DNA of 64,000 bases, from positions 10,143-74,142 of the forward strand of contig JAFMHB010000005.1 of assembly GCA_017854795.1 (NCBI GenBank), read 5' to 3'. The translations under genes were made by a program, and so were the position numbers. This document shows positions 1 through 8,557 of the stretch, piece by piece. Positions within the stretch are counted from its first letter, which is position 1; the number at the start of each line of letters is the position of its first letter. Origin of the DNA: Candidatus Nanopelagicales bacterium. GTDB taxonomy: Bacteria > Actinomycetota > Actinomycetes > S36-B12. Under the pieces are notes generated by a model. The model had not been told where the DNA came from. It ran no database searches and worked only from the letters and a program-made list of their open reading frames with translations.

Positions 1-1
1 T

Positions 2-205
2 GCACCCTTATTGGTCATGGGTGCGACATGGGGAGTGCGAAAGGCCTTAGACAACGGTTACCGTCGGTTTACGGGCCATAGTGCACCTACCGCACATGAC
101 ACTCAAATCTCGCTAGCTTCGGCTCTCGCATGGGCTGCGGTCACGGCGGCGAGTGCAGCCGTTGTCGAAGTTGCCATCTTTCGATTCGTCGCAAAAAAAG
201 GCTAG
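2..205 (+). CDS. Small DUF4235-like membrane-associated protein, possibly 5'-partial at the window edge
   Basis: The frame stays open to the window start. The C-terminal hydrophobic helix reads SLASALAWAAVTAASAAVVEVAIF. It lies next to a DUF4193 gene, as in many Actinobacteria. Confidence 0.4.
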   Translation, partial: APLLVMGATWGVRKALDNGYRRFTGHSAPTAHDTQISLASALAWAAVTAASAAVVEVAIFRFVAKKG

Positions 206-498
206 GCACACTCTTTACAAATAGGTCCGGATTTACCCTCGTGATCCAACTGGCTTTGATGGTGAACTAAGAAACAGGACATACAGGTGAACTCATCCGT
301 CTGTTTCGGGACCACTTCAACGGATAGGTTTTCACCCGACAGATCGGCACCCGGTAACTCAATGGACTCGGCAAGTTCGGCTTCATCAACGTCAACCGGG
401 GAGGATGCTTTTTCGGCACGCTGGGCTTTGAGTTCTTCCAGACTGTCCTCAGCGAGCTCTTCGTCAGTCTTGCGAGGGGCGTCGTAATCGGTTGCCAT
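202..498 (-). CDS. DUF4193 family protein (acidic, with a C-terminal Cys motif)
   Basis: 98 aa. It opens with MATDYDAPRK, has an acidic centre, and ends with FTCMSCFLVHHQSQL...GPICKECA, which is typical of actinobacterial DUF4193. Confidence 0.8.
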   Translation of the reverse strand: MATDYDAPRKTDEELAEDSLEELKAQRAEKASSPVDVDEAELAESIELPGADLSGENLSVEVVPKQTDEFTCMSCFLVHHQSQLDHEGKSGPICKECA

Positions 499-645
499 CG
501 TGTCCCATTCCCTTCGGTTTGACGTTGTCCCGAAATTAACTTCCGGGGTGCGCGCAGATTGTGCCCCATCGACTTTCGCCGAGCGCAGTTGGGTGTCTTT
601 GGGGCTGATTTTAATTAATAAACTTGGCCAATGGGAGAATGACGG

Positions 646-1164
646 ATGCCAATTTACGCACTAGGGGAAAAGACTCCATCAATTGATCCAACCGCGTTCG
701 TTCACCCAGATGCCGTGGTGATCGGAAACGTCACGGTGGGTCCGAACTCGAGCATTTGGCCTGGCGCGGTTTTGCGCGCAGACCACGGGAAAATCGTGAT
801 TGGATCGGGAACGTCCATCCAGGATGGCTCGGTGATTCACTGCACTTCCACCCATGACACGGTTATTGGCGATAATTGCGTCATAGGACATGGAGTGCAC
901 CTTGAAGGATGCCGCATTCAGACAGGATCATTAATCGGCTCGCATGCGGTTGTTTTACACAACGCGGTGGTTGGTCCAACGGCGCTTGTCGGCGCGTGCG
1001 CACTTGTAGGAAATGGCAAAATAGTTCCCCCGAATGCTCGCGCATTGGGTGTACCCGCAACCATTACTGAAGACGTTGTTACAAGTGCTGATATTGAACC
1101 ATCCGCCCAGATATACATCCGAAATGCGAGTTGGTACCTACAGGATTTGAGACTCCTTGACTAA
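646..1164 (+). CDS. Gamma-class carbonic anhydrase family / hexapeptide-repeat protein (YrdA/PaaY-like)
   Basis: 172 aa with left-handed beta-helix hexapeptide repeats (VIGNVTVGPNSSIWPGAVLRADHGKIVIGSGTSIQDGSVIH). Confidence 0.85.
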   Translation: MPIYALGEKTPSIDPTAFVHPDAVVIGNVTVGPNSSIWPGAVLRADHGKIVIGSGTSIQDGSVIHCTSTHDTVIGDNCVIGHGVHLEGCRIQTGSLIGSHAVVLHNAVVGPTALVGACALVGNGKIVPPNARALGVPATITEDVVTSADIEPSAQIYIRNASWYLQDLRLLD

Positions 1165-1983
1165 TAGGTCAAGGGCACCCGCTGCGATCAATACCTGCTC
1201 TAATCTCTCGAATATTTCCGGAGTACTCGAAATCAATAGTTTGCCGAGGTCGTTGTCAATCGGTGCCTCCACTCTCCCTCCTGCAAGGGCAACAATCAAC
1301 GCACCTGCAGAGTAATCCCAAGGGTTGAGACCTGTTTCGAAGTAGCCGTCGATGAATCCACTTGCCAACCAGCAAAGGTCAACAACAGCACATCCGGACC
1401 TTCGGATGTCAGCAATCTGTGGAAGGACAGAAGCAACGACTTCCGCCTGCAATCCACGGCGCACGGAGGAATACCCAAATCCAGTCGCAATCAGAGCATT
1501 TTTTACCTCACTTCCGCTACGGACTTGGAGGGCCTCCAACGATTCATCACTGACACAAAAGGAACCGACACTCGAAATCCCCACATAACTCTTATTTGTT
1601 TCTGGAATGGTGATCACTCCCAAAGTGACGACCCCGTCGACCTCAACAGCAATTGAGACTCCCCAGAGAGGAATCCCAAATAAGTAATTAACGGTTCCGT
1701 CGAGTGGATCAATTACCCATCTCACTCCCGAGGTTCCGATTCGATCTGAACCCTCTTCTCCCAGTATCGAGTCATCGGGCCTTGACGTGGTTATGAGATC
1801 GACGATTAGCGCCTCTGCCCCTCGGTCCATTTCACTTACGAGGTCAGAACCGCTGGATTTGGTGTCAATATCGATATTTCGGGGTCTCTCATTCTTCAAG
1901 AAAGTACCCGCGCTTTGTGCACACTTCCAAGCCAGTTGACCCAACTCATGCTGATCTAACAGCGAATCCAGGGATTTAATCAT
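1138..1983 (-). CDS. Inositol monophosphatase family protein
   Basis: 281 aa with IMPase motifs (ILGEEG, WVIDPLDGTVNY, WDYSAGALIV). Confidence 0.85.
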   Translation of the reverse strand: MIKSLDSLLDQHELGQLAWKCAQSAGTFLKNERPRNIDIDTKSSGSDLVSEMDRGAEALIVDLITTSRPDDSILGEEGSDRIGTSGVRWVIDPLDGTVNYLFGIPLWGVSIAVEVDGVVTLGVITIPETNKSYVGISSVGSFCVSDESLEALQVRSGSEVKNALIATGFGYSSVRRGLQAEVVASVLPQIADIRRSGCAVVDLCWLASGFIDGYFETGLNPWDYSAGALIVALAGGRVEAPIDNDLGKLLISSTPEIFERLEQVLIAAGALDLLVKESQIL

Positions 1984-2050
1984 GACGCTAGCCTGTCATA
2001 CACGCATGGTTACCGCTTGGACACTTCATTAGCGGTAACGTACATACGCG

Positions 2051-3358
2051 ATGTTTAAATCTGTTTACGATCCTTATGCCCAGGCGCTTAGGATCCCCGG
2101 CGCCGCAAAGTTCTCTTTAGCAGGGTTCATTGCCCGAATTCCCCTTGCCATGATCGGCTTGGGGATTTTACTTTTCATCAGCAATACCACCGGATCCTAT
2201 GCATTTGCAGGTTTCATTCAAGCTTCATTCACATTGACAGCGGCACTTGCCGCCGTCGTTTCAAGTCGGATGAGTGATCGATATGGTCAACGAATCGTGC
2301 TCGTAGTCTTACCGAGTATCTTCTCGGTGACATTATTTGCTTTTGTCTACACCGTTTCAAACGACTTTTCTCGAGTCTGGCAGACCTTGCTCGCCGTGAT
2401 CGCGGGCGCGAGCTTCCCTTCATTTGGATCATTTGTGCGCACGCGTTGGGCTTTTCTGACGAACAAGAACGAACGACTTTTAAATAGTGCATTTGCGTGG
2501 GAAAGTATCCTTGATGAAGTGGTTTTTACTATTGGACCACTCGTGGCTGTCGCGCTCGCATTTGGTGTCAGTTTCTCAAGTCCCATTTTGGTGGGGGCCG
2601 TAATTACCCTTCTAGGTGCGTTGTTGTTAGCTTCCCTCGCGGATTCCTCTCCACCCCCTTTCACGCGATCCGAACACAAAAGTGAAGGGTCCGCCTTTCG
2701 CTTTACGGGTATGACTTCCACGATACTTGTGGCACTGGGCGTTGGGGCATTATTCGGCACTTTTGAGGTAGCCGTGGTTGCTTTCATGCAAGAAGCGGAC
2801 ACACCACAATTAGCGGGGTTCACCTTGGCAATGTGGGCTGCTAGTTCCATGGCTGGTGGTCTGGTCTACGGCAGCCGACACGTAAATGCGCCCCTTTCGC
2901 GTCAGTTGGTTTATACAACGCTTGTTTTGACGATTATCGTCCTGCCCTTAGCTTTCATTTCTTCCCCACCACTACTTATCATCGTTGCAACCCTCTCGGG
3001 GTTTGCGATAGCGCCCACCTTGATCTGCACTTTTTCGCTCACCCAGCGGCTAGTACCGTCAAAATTGCTAACAGAGGGACTGACGTGGACAAATTCAGGT
3101 ATGGCTGCCGGGTTTGCTCTCGGCGCTTCATTGGGTGGCGTTCTCGTGGATCGAGTCGGGACGGCATATGCATTCGGTCTGGGCTCGTTGGGCGCAGTGT
3201 TAGCGCTGGCAGTCACGCTCTTTGCCCAAACTCGATGGAATAGGGCGATTTACGCCCGACGAGATGACCTACCGTGGACAGTTCCCGTTTCGCTCAATCA
3301 GGAACCGATTCCGGGACCTGCACCCGGCGCGTTTCAGCACGAACGTGACCCCGAGTAA
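2051..3358 (+). CDS. MFS transporter
   Basis: 435 aa and highly hydrophobic, with about 12 predicted TM segments and an MFS-like loop (SSRMSDRYGQR). Confidence 0.8.
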   Translation: MFKSVYDPYAQALRIPGAAKFSLAGFIARIPLAMIGLGILLFISNTTGSYAFAGFIQASFTLTAALAAVVSSRMSDRYGQRIVLVVLPSIFSVTLFAFVYTVSNDFSRVWQTLLAVIAGASFPSFGSFVRTRWAFLTNKNERLLNSAFAWESILDEVVFTIGPLVAVALAFGVSFSSPILVGAVITLLGALLLASLADSSPPPFTRSEHKSEGSAFRFTGMTSTILVALGVGALFGTFEVAVVAFMQEADTPQLAGFTLAMWAASSMAGGLVYGSRHVNAPLSRQLVYTTLVLTIIVLPLAFISSPPLLIIVATLSGFAIAPTLICTFSLTQRLVPSKLLTEGLTWTNSGMAAGFALGASLGGVLVDRVGTAYAFGLGSLGAVLALAVTLFAQTRWNRAIYARRDDLPWTVPVSLNQEPIPGPAPGAFQHERDPE

Positions 3359-3498
3359 GTTAGGCTCGGCTCGCAATGTTTTTTGAATTTCTGACCAGTA
3401 GTCGGTGTTCGCCGGCTTAGCCCTAGGAGTACCCCCTGAATCCCCTTAGCCCTCGTGAAATTCAGCAGCGTGTTCGCGCCGGTGAATCTCCAGAGTTT

Positions 3499-4128
3499 GT
3501 GGCGCAGGAAACAGGCTGGGACATAGAACGGGTCACCCGTTACGCAGAGCCTCCACTTCGTGAACGTGCATATGTAGCGCAGTGCGCAAGTGAGGTACAA
3601 CTGCATCAGGCTCGGGGAAGTGACACCCTCGAAAACGTTATCTGCAATTCCCTTGGCATCAAGCCCGAGGAGCTCATTTGGGACAGTTCGCATGTGGATG
3701 GCCAGTGGCTGGTGCAGTTGAATACTCCTGGAAACCCGGAGCAGGCGCAGTGGTCCTATGAACCTGCAGGTAAGTCTGTCACTCCATTGAACCCAGCAGC
3801 CCGGACCCTAATGGGCCTCGAACCAGTACGCGATATGCACGGCGCATCTTCGCGTGAATCCACGATTATCGTGGACACAACTTCGGGTTACGCCACGCCC
3901 AAAATTGAGCCCACGACGCACATCGAAACCGAAGAAAGCCCAATTGCACCCGTGAAACTGAGCGCGGTCCCTGAGTTATTCGATAATGACGAACCTGATG
4001 TAGTGGCGTCACCGATGGAAACTCCGCCTAAGCCGCCTCAACCGGCACCGAAGAAACTTAGGAAGGGCCGCGCCAAGGTTCCTAGTTGGGATGAAATCCT
4101 TTTCGGCGCAACTACCACCGAGGACTAG
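3499..4128 (+). CDS. sepH: Septation protein SepH-like (DUF3071), N-terminally short
   Basis: It carries the HTH-region motif (P)REIQQRVRAGESPEFVAQETGWDIERVTRYAEPPLRERAYVA and the C-terminal motif GRAKVPSWDEILFG. The start codon is uncertain: GTG 3499 is the first canonical start after the in-frame stop at 3424-3426. Confidence 0.7.
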   Translation: MAQETGWDIERVTRYAEPPLRERAYVAQCASEVQLHQARGSDTLENVICNSLGIKPEELIWDSSHVDGQWLVQLNTPGNPEQAQWSYEPAGKSVTPLNPAARTLMGLEPVRDMHGASSRESTIIVDTTSGYATPKIEPTTHIETEESPIAPVKLSAVPELFDNDEPDVVASPMETPPKPPQPAPKKLRKGRAKVPSWDEILFGATTTED

Positions 4129-4142
4129 AAAATAGCCCGGCT

Positions 4143-4811
4143 TTACCTCTCATCGAATGGAAGTGGATTCCCCGAAATGTGTGCTGTATTTGACTTATGT
4201 TTTGTCAATCGGGCGCGATAATGACGCCGACACAGCACTTCATAGGAAGTTTCACTGGAACTCGACACGTCACCTACTAGCACTTGATCGCCTTCGGTTG
4301 TCATCTCCCCATCAACAGTACGCGCGTTGTGCAATGCACGATTACCGCACCAACAAAGTGCCTCAACTTGCAAGTATTGAACCCGATCAGCAAGTTCTAA
4401 AAGCCGAGCGGAGCCCGGAAAAAGCCTAGTGCGAAAATCGGTCAGAATGCCAAAAGCAAATACATCGATCCCCAAATCGTCAACCAACTGGGCTATGTGT
4501 TCAATTTGTTCGGGTGAGTAAAACTGGGCTTCATCACAAATTAAATAATCAATCCTGTGGCCATTCGAGAGCCTGTCGACAACGAACCGACGGAGATTCA
4601 ACTCGTCGCTGACTTCGATCGCTGGAACTTCAAGACCAAGCCGACTCGAAAGTACCGATTCGCCAGCCCGATCAAATTTGGTAAAGACGACACCGGATCT
4701 TCCGCGACTCGCATGGTTGTGATCCGTTTGTAAAGCTAATGTTGATTTCCCGCAATCCATCGTTCCTACGAAATAAATCAGTTCGGCCACGGCCAAATAA
4801 TTCCACGTCAC
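4143..4811 (-). CDS. tdk: Thymidine kinase
   Basis: It has the P-loop GTMDCGKST, the motif ICDEAQF and a C-terminal Zn-ribbon (CWCG...CRRHY). The start is GTG, preceded by GAGGA. Confidence 0.9.
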   Translation of the reverse strand: MTWNYLAVAELIYFVGTMDCGKSTLALQTDHNHASRGRSGVVFTKFDRAGESVLSSRLGLEVPAIEVSDELNLRRFVVDRLSNGHRIDYLICDEAQFYSPEQIEHIAQLVDDLGIDVFAFGILTDFRTRLFPGSARLLELADRVQYLQVEALCWCGNRALHNARTVDGEMTTEGDQVLVGDVSSSSETSYEVLCRRHYRARLTKHKSNTAHISGNPLPFDER

Positions 4812-4849
4812 CGAACACCATCCTCACTTGGCCATGAAGAATCCAGCTT

Positions 4850-6010
4850 TCAAGCATTCAACCCCGAATGGAAGACTTTCAAAGGTATAAGCATTTCCTC
4901 CTCAGAGGATGAACCGTGCTGGCCGAGAAGGGATGAGGTGCGTGGGTCTGTGGTGCTGGATAGCATCACATCATTTCTGGCGAGGACCATAAAGTCACCC
5001 AGTCTTTGGTAGAAATCGGGATCAAAGTTTGGGAACAGATCGCATTCAATGAGTTCCTCTCTCGGTATAACTGTGAAATCCTCACCGAGGACAGATTGCC
5101 ATCGGATCGCGCTATCACGTGCTGCCCCAGCCCGCGTATAAATATGGCGAGCACGTGGATCCCCCGCTATTAGATCAACATCACGAGTCAAATCAATGCT
5201 AGATTCAATGTGAATACGACGAGCCTCCGGACAATAAACCATTCCATGATCAGAGGTAACGACCAAACTAATATCTCGTTTCCCATTTTCCATGATCACG
5301 TTCGCGAGGCGAGCAATAAAGGAGTCTACTAAAGATAGTTCCTTTAGCCATTGAGATGATCCTGGCCCATATACGTGGCCAACACGATCCAGATCCGGCC
5401 AGTACACGTAAGTGAGGGCAGGTGCGCTGGCTTGTTTAATACGATCTCGAATGATTTTTTCCATGTCGTCGAGACCAGCCGCCGCAAGATAGACACCTCC
5501 TCGCAACACGGACTTGGTAAGCCCGGAGTTTCGGTGTTTCTCTCGGGCAATACTCGCGACATCGATTCCATTTTCCGAGGCCCATTCAAATAGTGGAGTA
5601 GACGGTGTCATGGATATCGGATGGGGGCTTGATCCCCACCTCAACGGTGCAAATAATGATTCTTCCTCGGGGAGGAAAAAACTAGCCCCCACAAAACCAT
5701 GTTGTCCCGGTGTTTCTCCGGTTCCTAGGGACCCCAAAGCCACAGGTGTAGTACTGGGAAATTGCGTTCGCATCGGTGAGGCAATGGTAGATTGCGTAAG
5801 AAATAAATCGGCACCGTACTCTTGCAGTTGAATCTCGCCAAGTCCGTCAACAAGTAAGACCAGAACGTGTGATGATGCTGGAATGGCTTCGATGAAATTA
5901 ACCGAACTCCGACTTATGAGATCCGGATTAAGCGCGCGGATGGAGTTGGGAATAACGTCTTTTAGTTCGGGGCCGTAATTCATAGCGGTCTGAGCTTTTA
6001 ACTGGTACAC
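4850..6010 (-). CDS. Alkaline phosphatase family protein (nucleotide pyrophosphatase/phosphodiesterase-like)
   Basis: 386 aa with metal-site-like motifs (LVDGLG, PSTTPVALGSLGTG, VTSDHGM, GQHGS). Confidence 0.7.
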   Translation of the reverse strand: MYQLKAQTAMNYGPELKDVIPNSIRALNPDLISRSSVNFIEAIPASSHVLVLLVDGLGEIQLQEYGADLFLTQSTIASPMRTQFPSTTPVALGSLGTGETPGQHGFVGASFFLPEEESLFAPLRWGSSPHPISMTPSTPLFEWASENGIDVASIAREKHRNSGLTKSVLRGGVYLAAAGLDDMEKIIRDRIKQASAPALTYVYWPDLDRVGHVYGPGSSQWLKELSLVDSFIARLANVIMENGKRDISLVVTSDHGMVYCPEARRIHIESSIDLTRDVDLIAGDPRARHIYTRAGAARDSAIRWQSVLGEDFTVIPREELIECDLFPNFDPDFYQRLGDFMVLARNDVMLSSTTDPRTSSLLGQHGSSSEEEMLIPLKVFHSGLNA

Positions 6011-6016
6011 GTTGCT

Positions 6017-6598
6017 CTAGTTTTTACCCGAGACACTGGCCTGAGACAAGATGTCGGCGAATTCACGCACCTTCGCAACGGTTTCATCTCCGTCGGCAGC
6101 CTGTGAAACCCTGAGAGAAAAATCGTCATTCGTAGTTGTACCAACAAAACCATGTTCAGCCTCGCACTCAGGGTCACCACATGTCGCAGGCTCCAATTCG
6201 ATCCGGCTCACAGCCCCCCAACCAACAGAGAGAACAACCTCAGACAGTGCTGGTCCGTTAGAGCCTAAAGGGTTCTTGACAACCTGGTTGAGTACCACCG
6301 TGTCGATTGCGCTCAAGCGCACGCTTTCATTAGAGGTGGAAGCATAGATTTCACCGTCATGGTTGTGTTCATCGGTATGTGAAACGATTAGGCGAGTGAG
6401 AGTCAGTGCCAAAACACTCATATGTCGGCGAAGTTCATCTCGCTCAAATGTGGCCTCTTGGTGAACGACGTAGGCCAGTAACTCCTCCGGGCCCAGAGCC
6501 TTGTCCAAGGCTTGAAACACTAGTTGAGGGTAATATCCGTGACGCTCAAGATCACTCTGCATTGCTTGCTCCAGCACACCAGTCTTCATCGAGCCCAA
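6017..6598 (-). CDS. Conserved actinobacterial hypothetical protein (DUF5998-like)
   Basis: 193-aa soluble ORF, co-directional with and 6 nt downstream of the alkaline phosphatase family gene. The family name is from memory only. Confidence 0.45.
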   Translation of the reverse strand: MGSMKTGVLEQAMQSDLERHGYYPQLVFQALDKALGPEELLAYVVHQEATFERDELRRHMSVLALTLTRLIVSHTDEHNHDGEIYASTSNESVRLSAIDTVVLNQVVKNPLGSNGPALSEVVLSVGWGAVSRIELEPATCGDPECEAEHGFVGTTTNDDFSLRVSQAADGDETVAKVREFADILSQASVSGKN

Positions 6599-6620
6599 GT
6601 CTAGGGGTTAGGGTCAAGTC

Positions 6621-7562
6621 GTGATTTTACCGAATCAAGAATCCGGTCTTTTTTCTTACACCGATGAGGTTTCCCAGGCTCTGAAAAGTGGTACGCCCGT
6701 GGTGGCTCTGGAATCCACGATTATCAGCCATGGGCTCCCCCGGCCAGAGAATATGCGGGTTGCCCTAGAGGTGGAAGGCATCGTTCGATCGCGAGGCGCG
6801 GTACCGGCCACTATTGCCATGCTAGAGGGCCGAGTTCATATTGGTCTGAAGGAAGCCGACTTGGAGCAAATCGCAACCCGCGACGACGTCGTGAAAACAA
6901 GCATCCGTGACCTTGCGACAGTGTCTGCGCGAAAGGGATTCGCTGCAACCACCGTTGCAGCAACCAGTCACTTGGCTAATGTCGTCGGCATTGAAGTATT
7001 TGCCACAGGCGGCCTCGGTGGCGTTCACCGACACGCCCGTGAAAGCTGGGATGAGTCCGCCGACTTAACCGCATTAAGCCAGCTCCCGATCACGATCGTG
7101 TGTTCGGGTGTGAAGTCGATACTTGATGTTGGGGCCACCTTGGAAAGGCTTGAGACCCTCAATGTGGGTGTTGTTGTTTATGGATCACACCAATTCCCTG
7201 GTTTCTACCTGAGTGATTCGGGATTTTACGTTGACTGGTCACTTGCTGATCCTTCGGAGATCGCCGACGTCATGGCCGCCAGACGGGGATTAGCGATCAC
7301 TTCTGGTCTGGTAATCGCTAACCCATTGCCAATCACAAGTCAGCTTGACCCAGATGTACATGACCAAGTTTTGGTCCAAGGTTTGAAGTTAGCAGACTCT
7401 AAGAAAATTGCTGGCAAGGACGTAACACCATTTTTACTCGACCATTTCCACCGGGCAACACATGGTCAGAGCTTGGTGGTTAACACTGAAATCATTGTTC
7501 GAAATGCAGACCTGGCCGCTCGAATTGCTGTCGCAAATTCCCGCGAGATGACACAGGTCTAG
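6621..7562 (+). CDS. psuG: Pseudouridine-5'-phosphate glycosidase
   Basis: 313 aa with the motifs VVALESTIISHGLPRPEN, ATGGLGGVHR and VVCSGVKSILD. Confidence 0.9.
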   Translation: MILPNQESGLFSYTDEVSQALKSGTPVVALESTIISHGLPRPENMRVALEVEGIVRSRGAVPATIAMLEGRVHIGLKEADLEQIATRDDVVKTSIRDLATVSARKGFAATTVAATSHLANVVGIEVFATGGLGGVHRHARESWDESADLTALSQLPITIVCSGVKSILDVGATLERLETLNVGVVVYGSHQFPGFYLSDSGFYVDWSLADPSEIADVMAARRGLAITSGLVIANPLPITSQLDPDVHDQVLVQGLKLADSKKIAGKDVTPFLLDHFHRATHGQSLVVNTEIIVRNADLAARIAVANSREMTQV

Positions 7563-8525
7563 TTGAAAGTGGGTACCACATCGGTTCAACTCCTAGGTGA
7601 CCTAATGGTTGATATCGCATGCGAAGTGAACACTCTCGAGGCACTCACGATTGCGCGAGGCAGTGACTTTCCGTCCAAGGCAACACTGAGCCCCGGTGGG
7701 AGCGCGGCGAACACTGCAACGTGGCTTGCACGCGCGGGTAACGACGTTTACTTGACAGGAGCGATCGGTGCTGATCCCTTGGGCGACTATTTAGTCAGCG
7801 AAATCGGAAAGGCTGGCGTCCACATGGTGTTGCAACGCGTGCCGGATGAGCTAACGGGTGTCTGTCTAATCCTCAACGAAATTGATGGTCAACGAACAAT
7901 GATTCCGAGTGCCGGCGCGAACGCCAAATTTGATAATTCGCATTTAACCGATCAATTAAAGGCCACCAAGATAGCCCATCTTCACGTTTCCGCCTACATG
8001 CTTTTTCATGAGGTCAGTGGAGCCACCGCGCTCGCTTACATGGATGCAGCGCGCCGGGTCGGTGCCACAATCAGTCTGGACCCTGCATCAAGTGCGCTCC
8101 TTGAGCGCAACCGATCTCGGCTGATGGCTGCCCTCGCAATGAGTGACGTTCTACTTGCCAATGCAGATGAAGCACGGGAGATCACTCGATTACTCAACAG
8201 AGGTGAAATTGTAGAGAAGGCTATTGACTTGGAAGTGATTTCAGCCGCCCTGCACCAGTTGTCACCTATTGTCGTCGTCACGCATGGTTCAGATCCTGTT
8301 CGCGCCCTAGTGAACAGGGTTCACAACTTCACGAGTTCAGTCACGAACATTGGTTCTGTTACCTCCACCACAGGTGCGGGAGATGCCTTCAATGCCGGTT
8401 TTCTCAACGCGTGGCTCGCAGGCAGCGATATCCCCGCATCCATAGCAGCAGGCACTATTCTGGCCGGGAGTGTTCTTGGCGAAGTGGGAGCCACCACGCT
8501 CACTGCCGAAAAAGCGCCAATATAG
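7563..8525 (+). CDS. PfkB-family carbohydrate kinase (probable pseudouridine kinase)
   Basis: 320 aa with a PfkB fold signature (GGSAANTA, TGAGDAFNAGF). It starts immediately after the psuG stop codon. Confidence 0.75.
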   Translation: MKVGTTSVQLLGDLMVDIACEVNTLEALTIARGSDFPSKATLSPGGSAANTATWLARAGNDVYLTGAIGADPLGDYLVSEIGKAGVHMVLQRVPDELTGVCLILNEIDGQRTMIPSAGANAKFDNSHLTDQLKATKIAHLHVSAYMLFHEVSGATALAYMDAARRVGATISLDPASSALLERNRSRLMAALAMSDVLLANADEAREITRLLNRGEIVEKAIDLEVISAALHQLSPIVVVTHGSDPVRALVNRVHNFTSSVTNIGSVTSTTGAGDAFNAGFLNAWLAGSDIPASIAAGTILAGSVLGEVGATTLTAEKAPI

Positions 8526-8557
8526 GCGCAACCCATCGAGAGGACAATGCCCGACCT

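Noticed and set aside
8411-8557. A 49-aa N-terminal extension of the topoisomerase A-subunit ORF.
   Set aside because: It overlaps the 3' end of the PfkB kinase gene and is Arg/His/Ser-rich junk. ATG 8558 has a GAGAGGA RBS and starts just before the conserved N-terminal motif.
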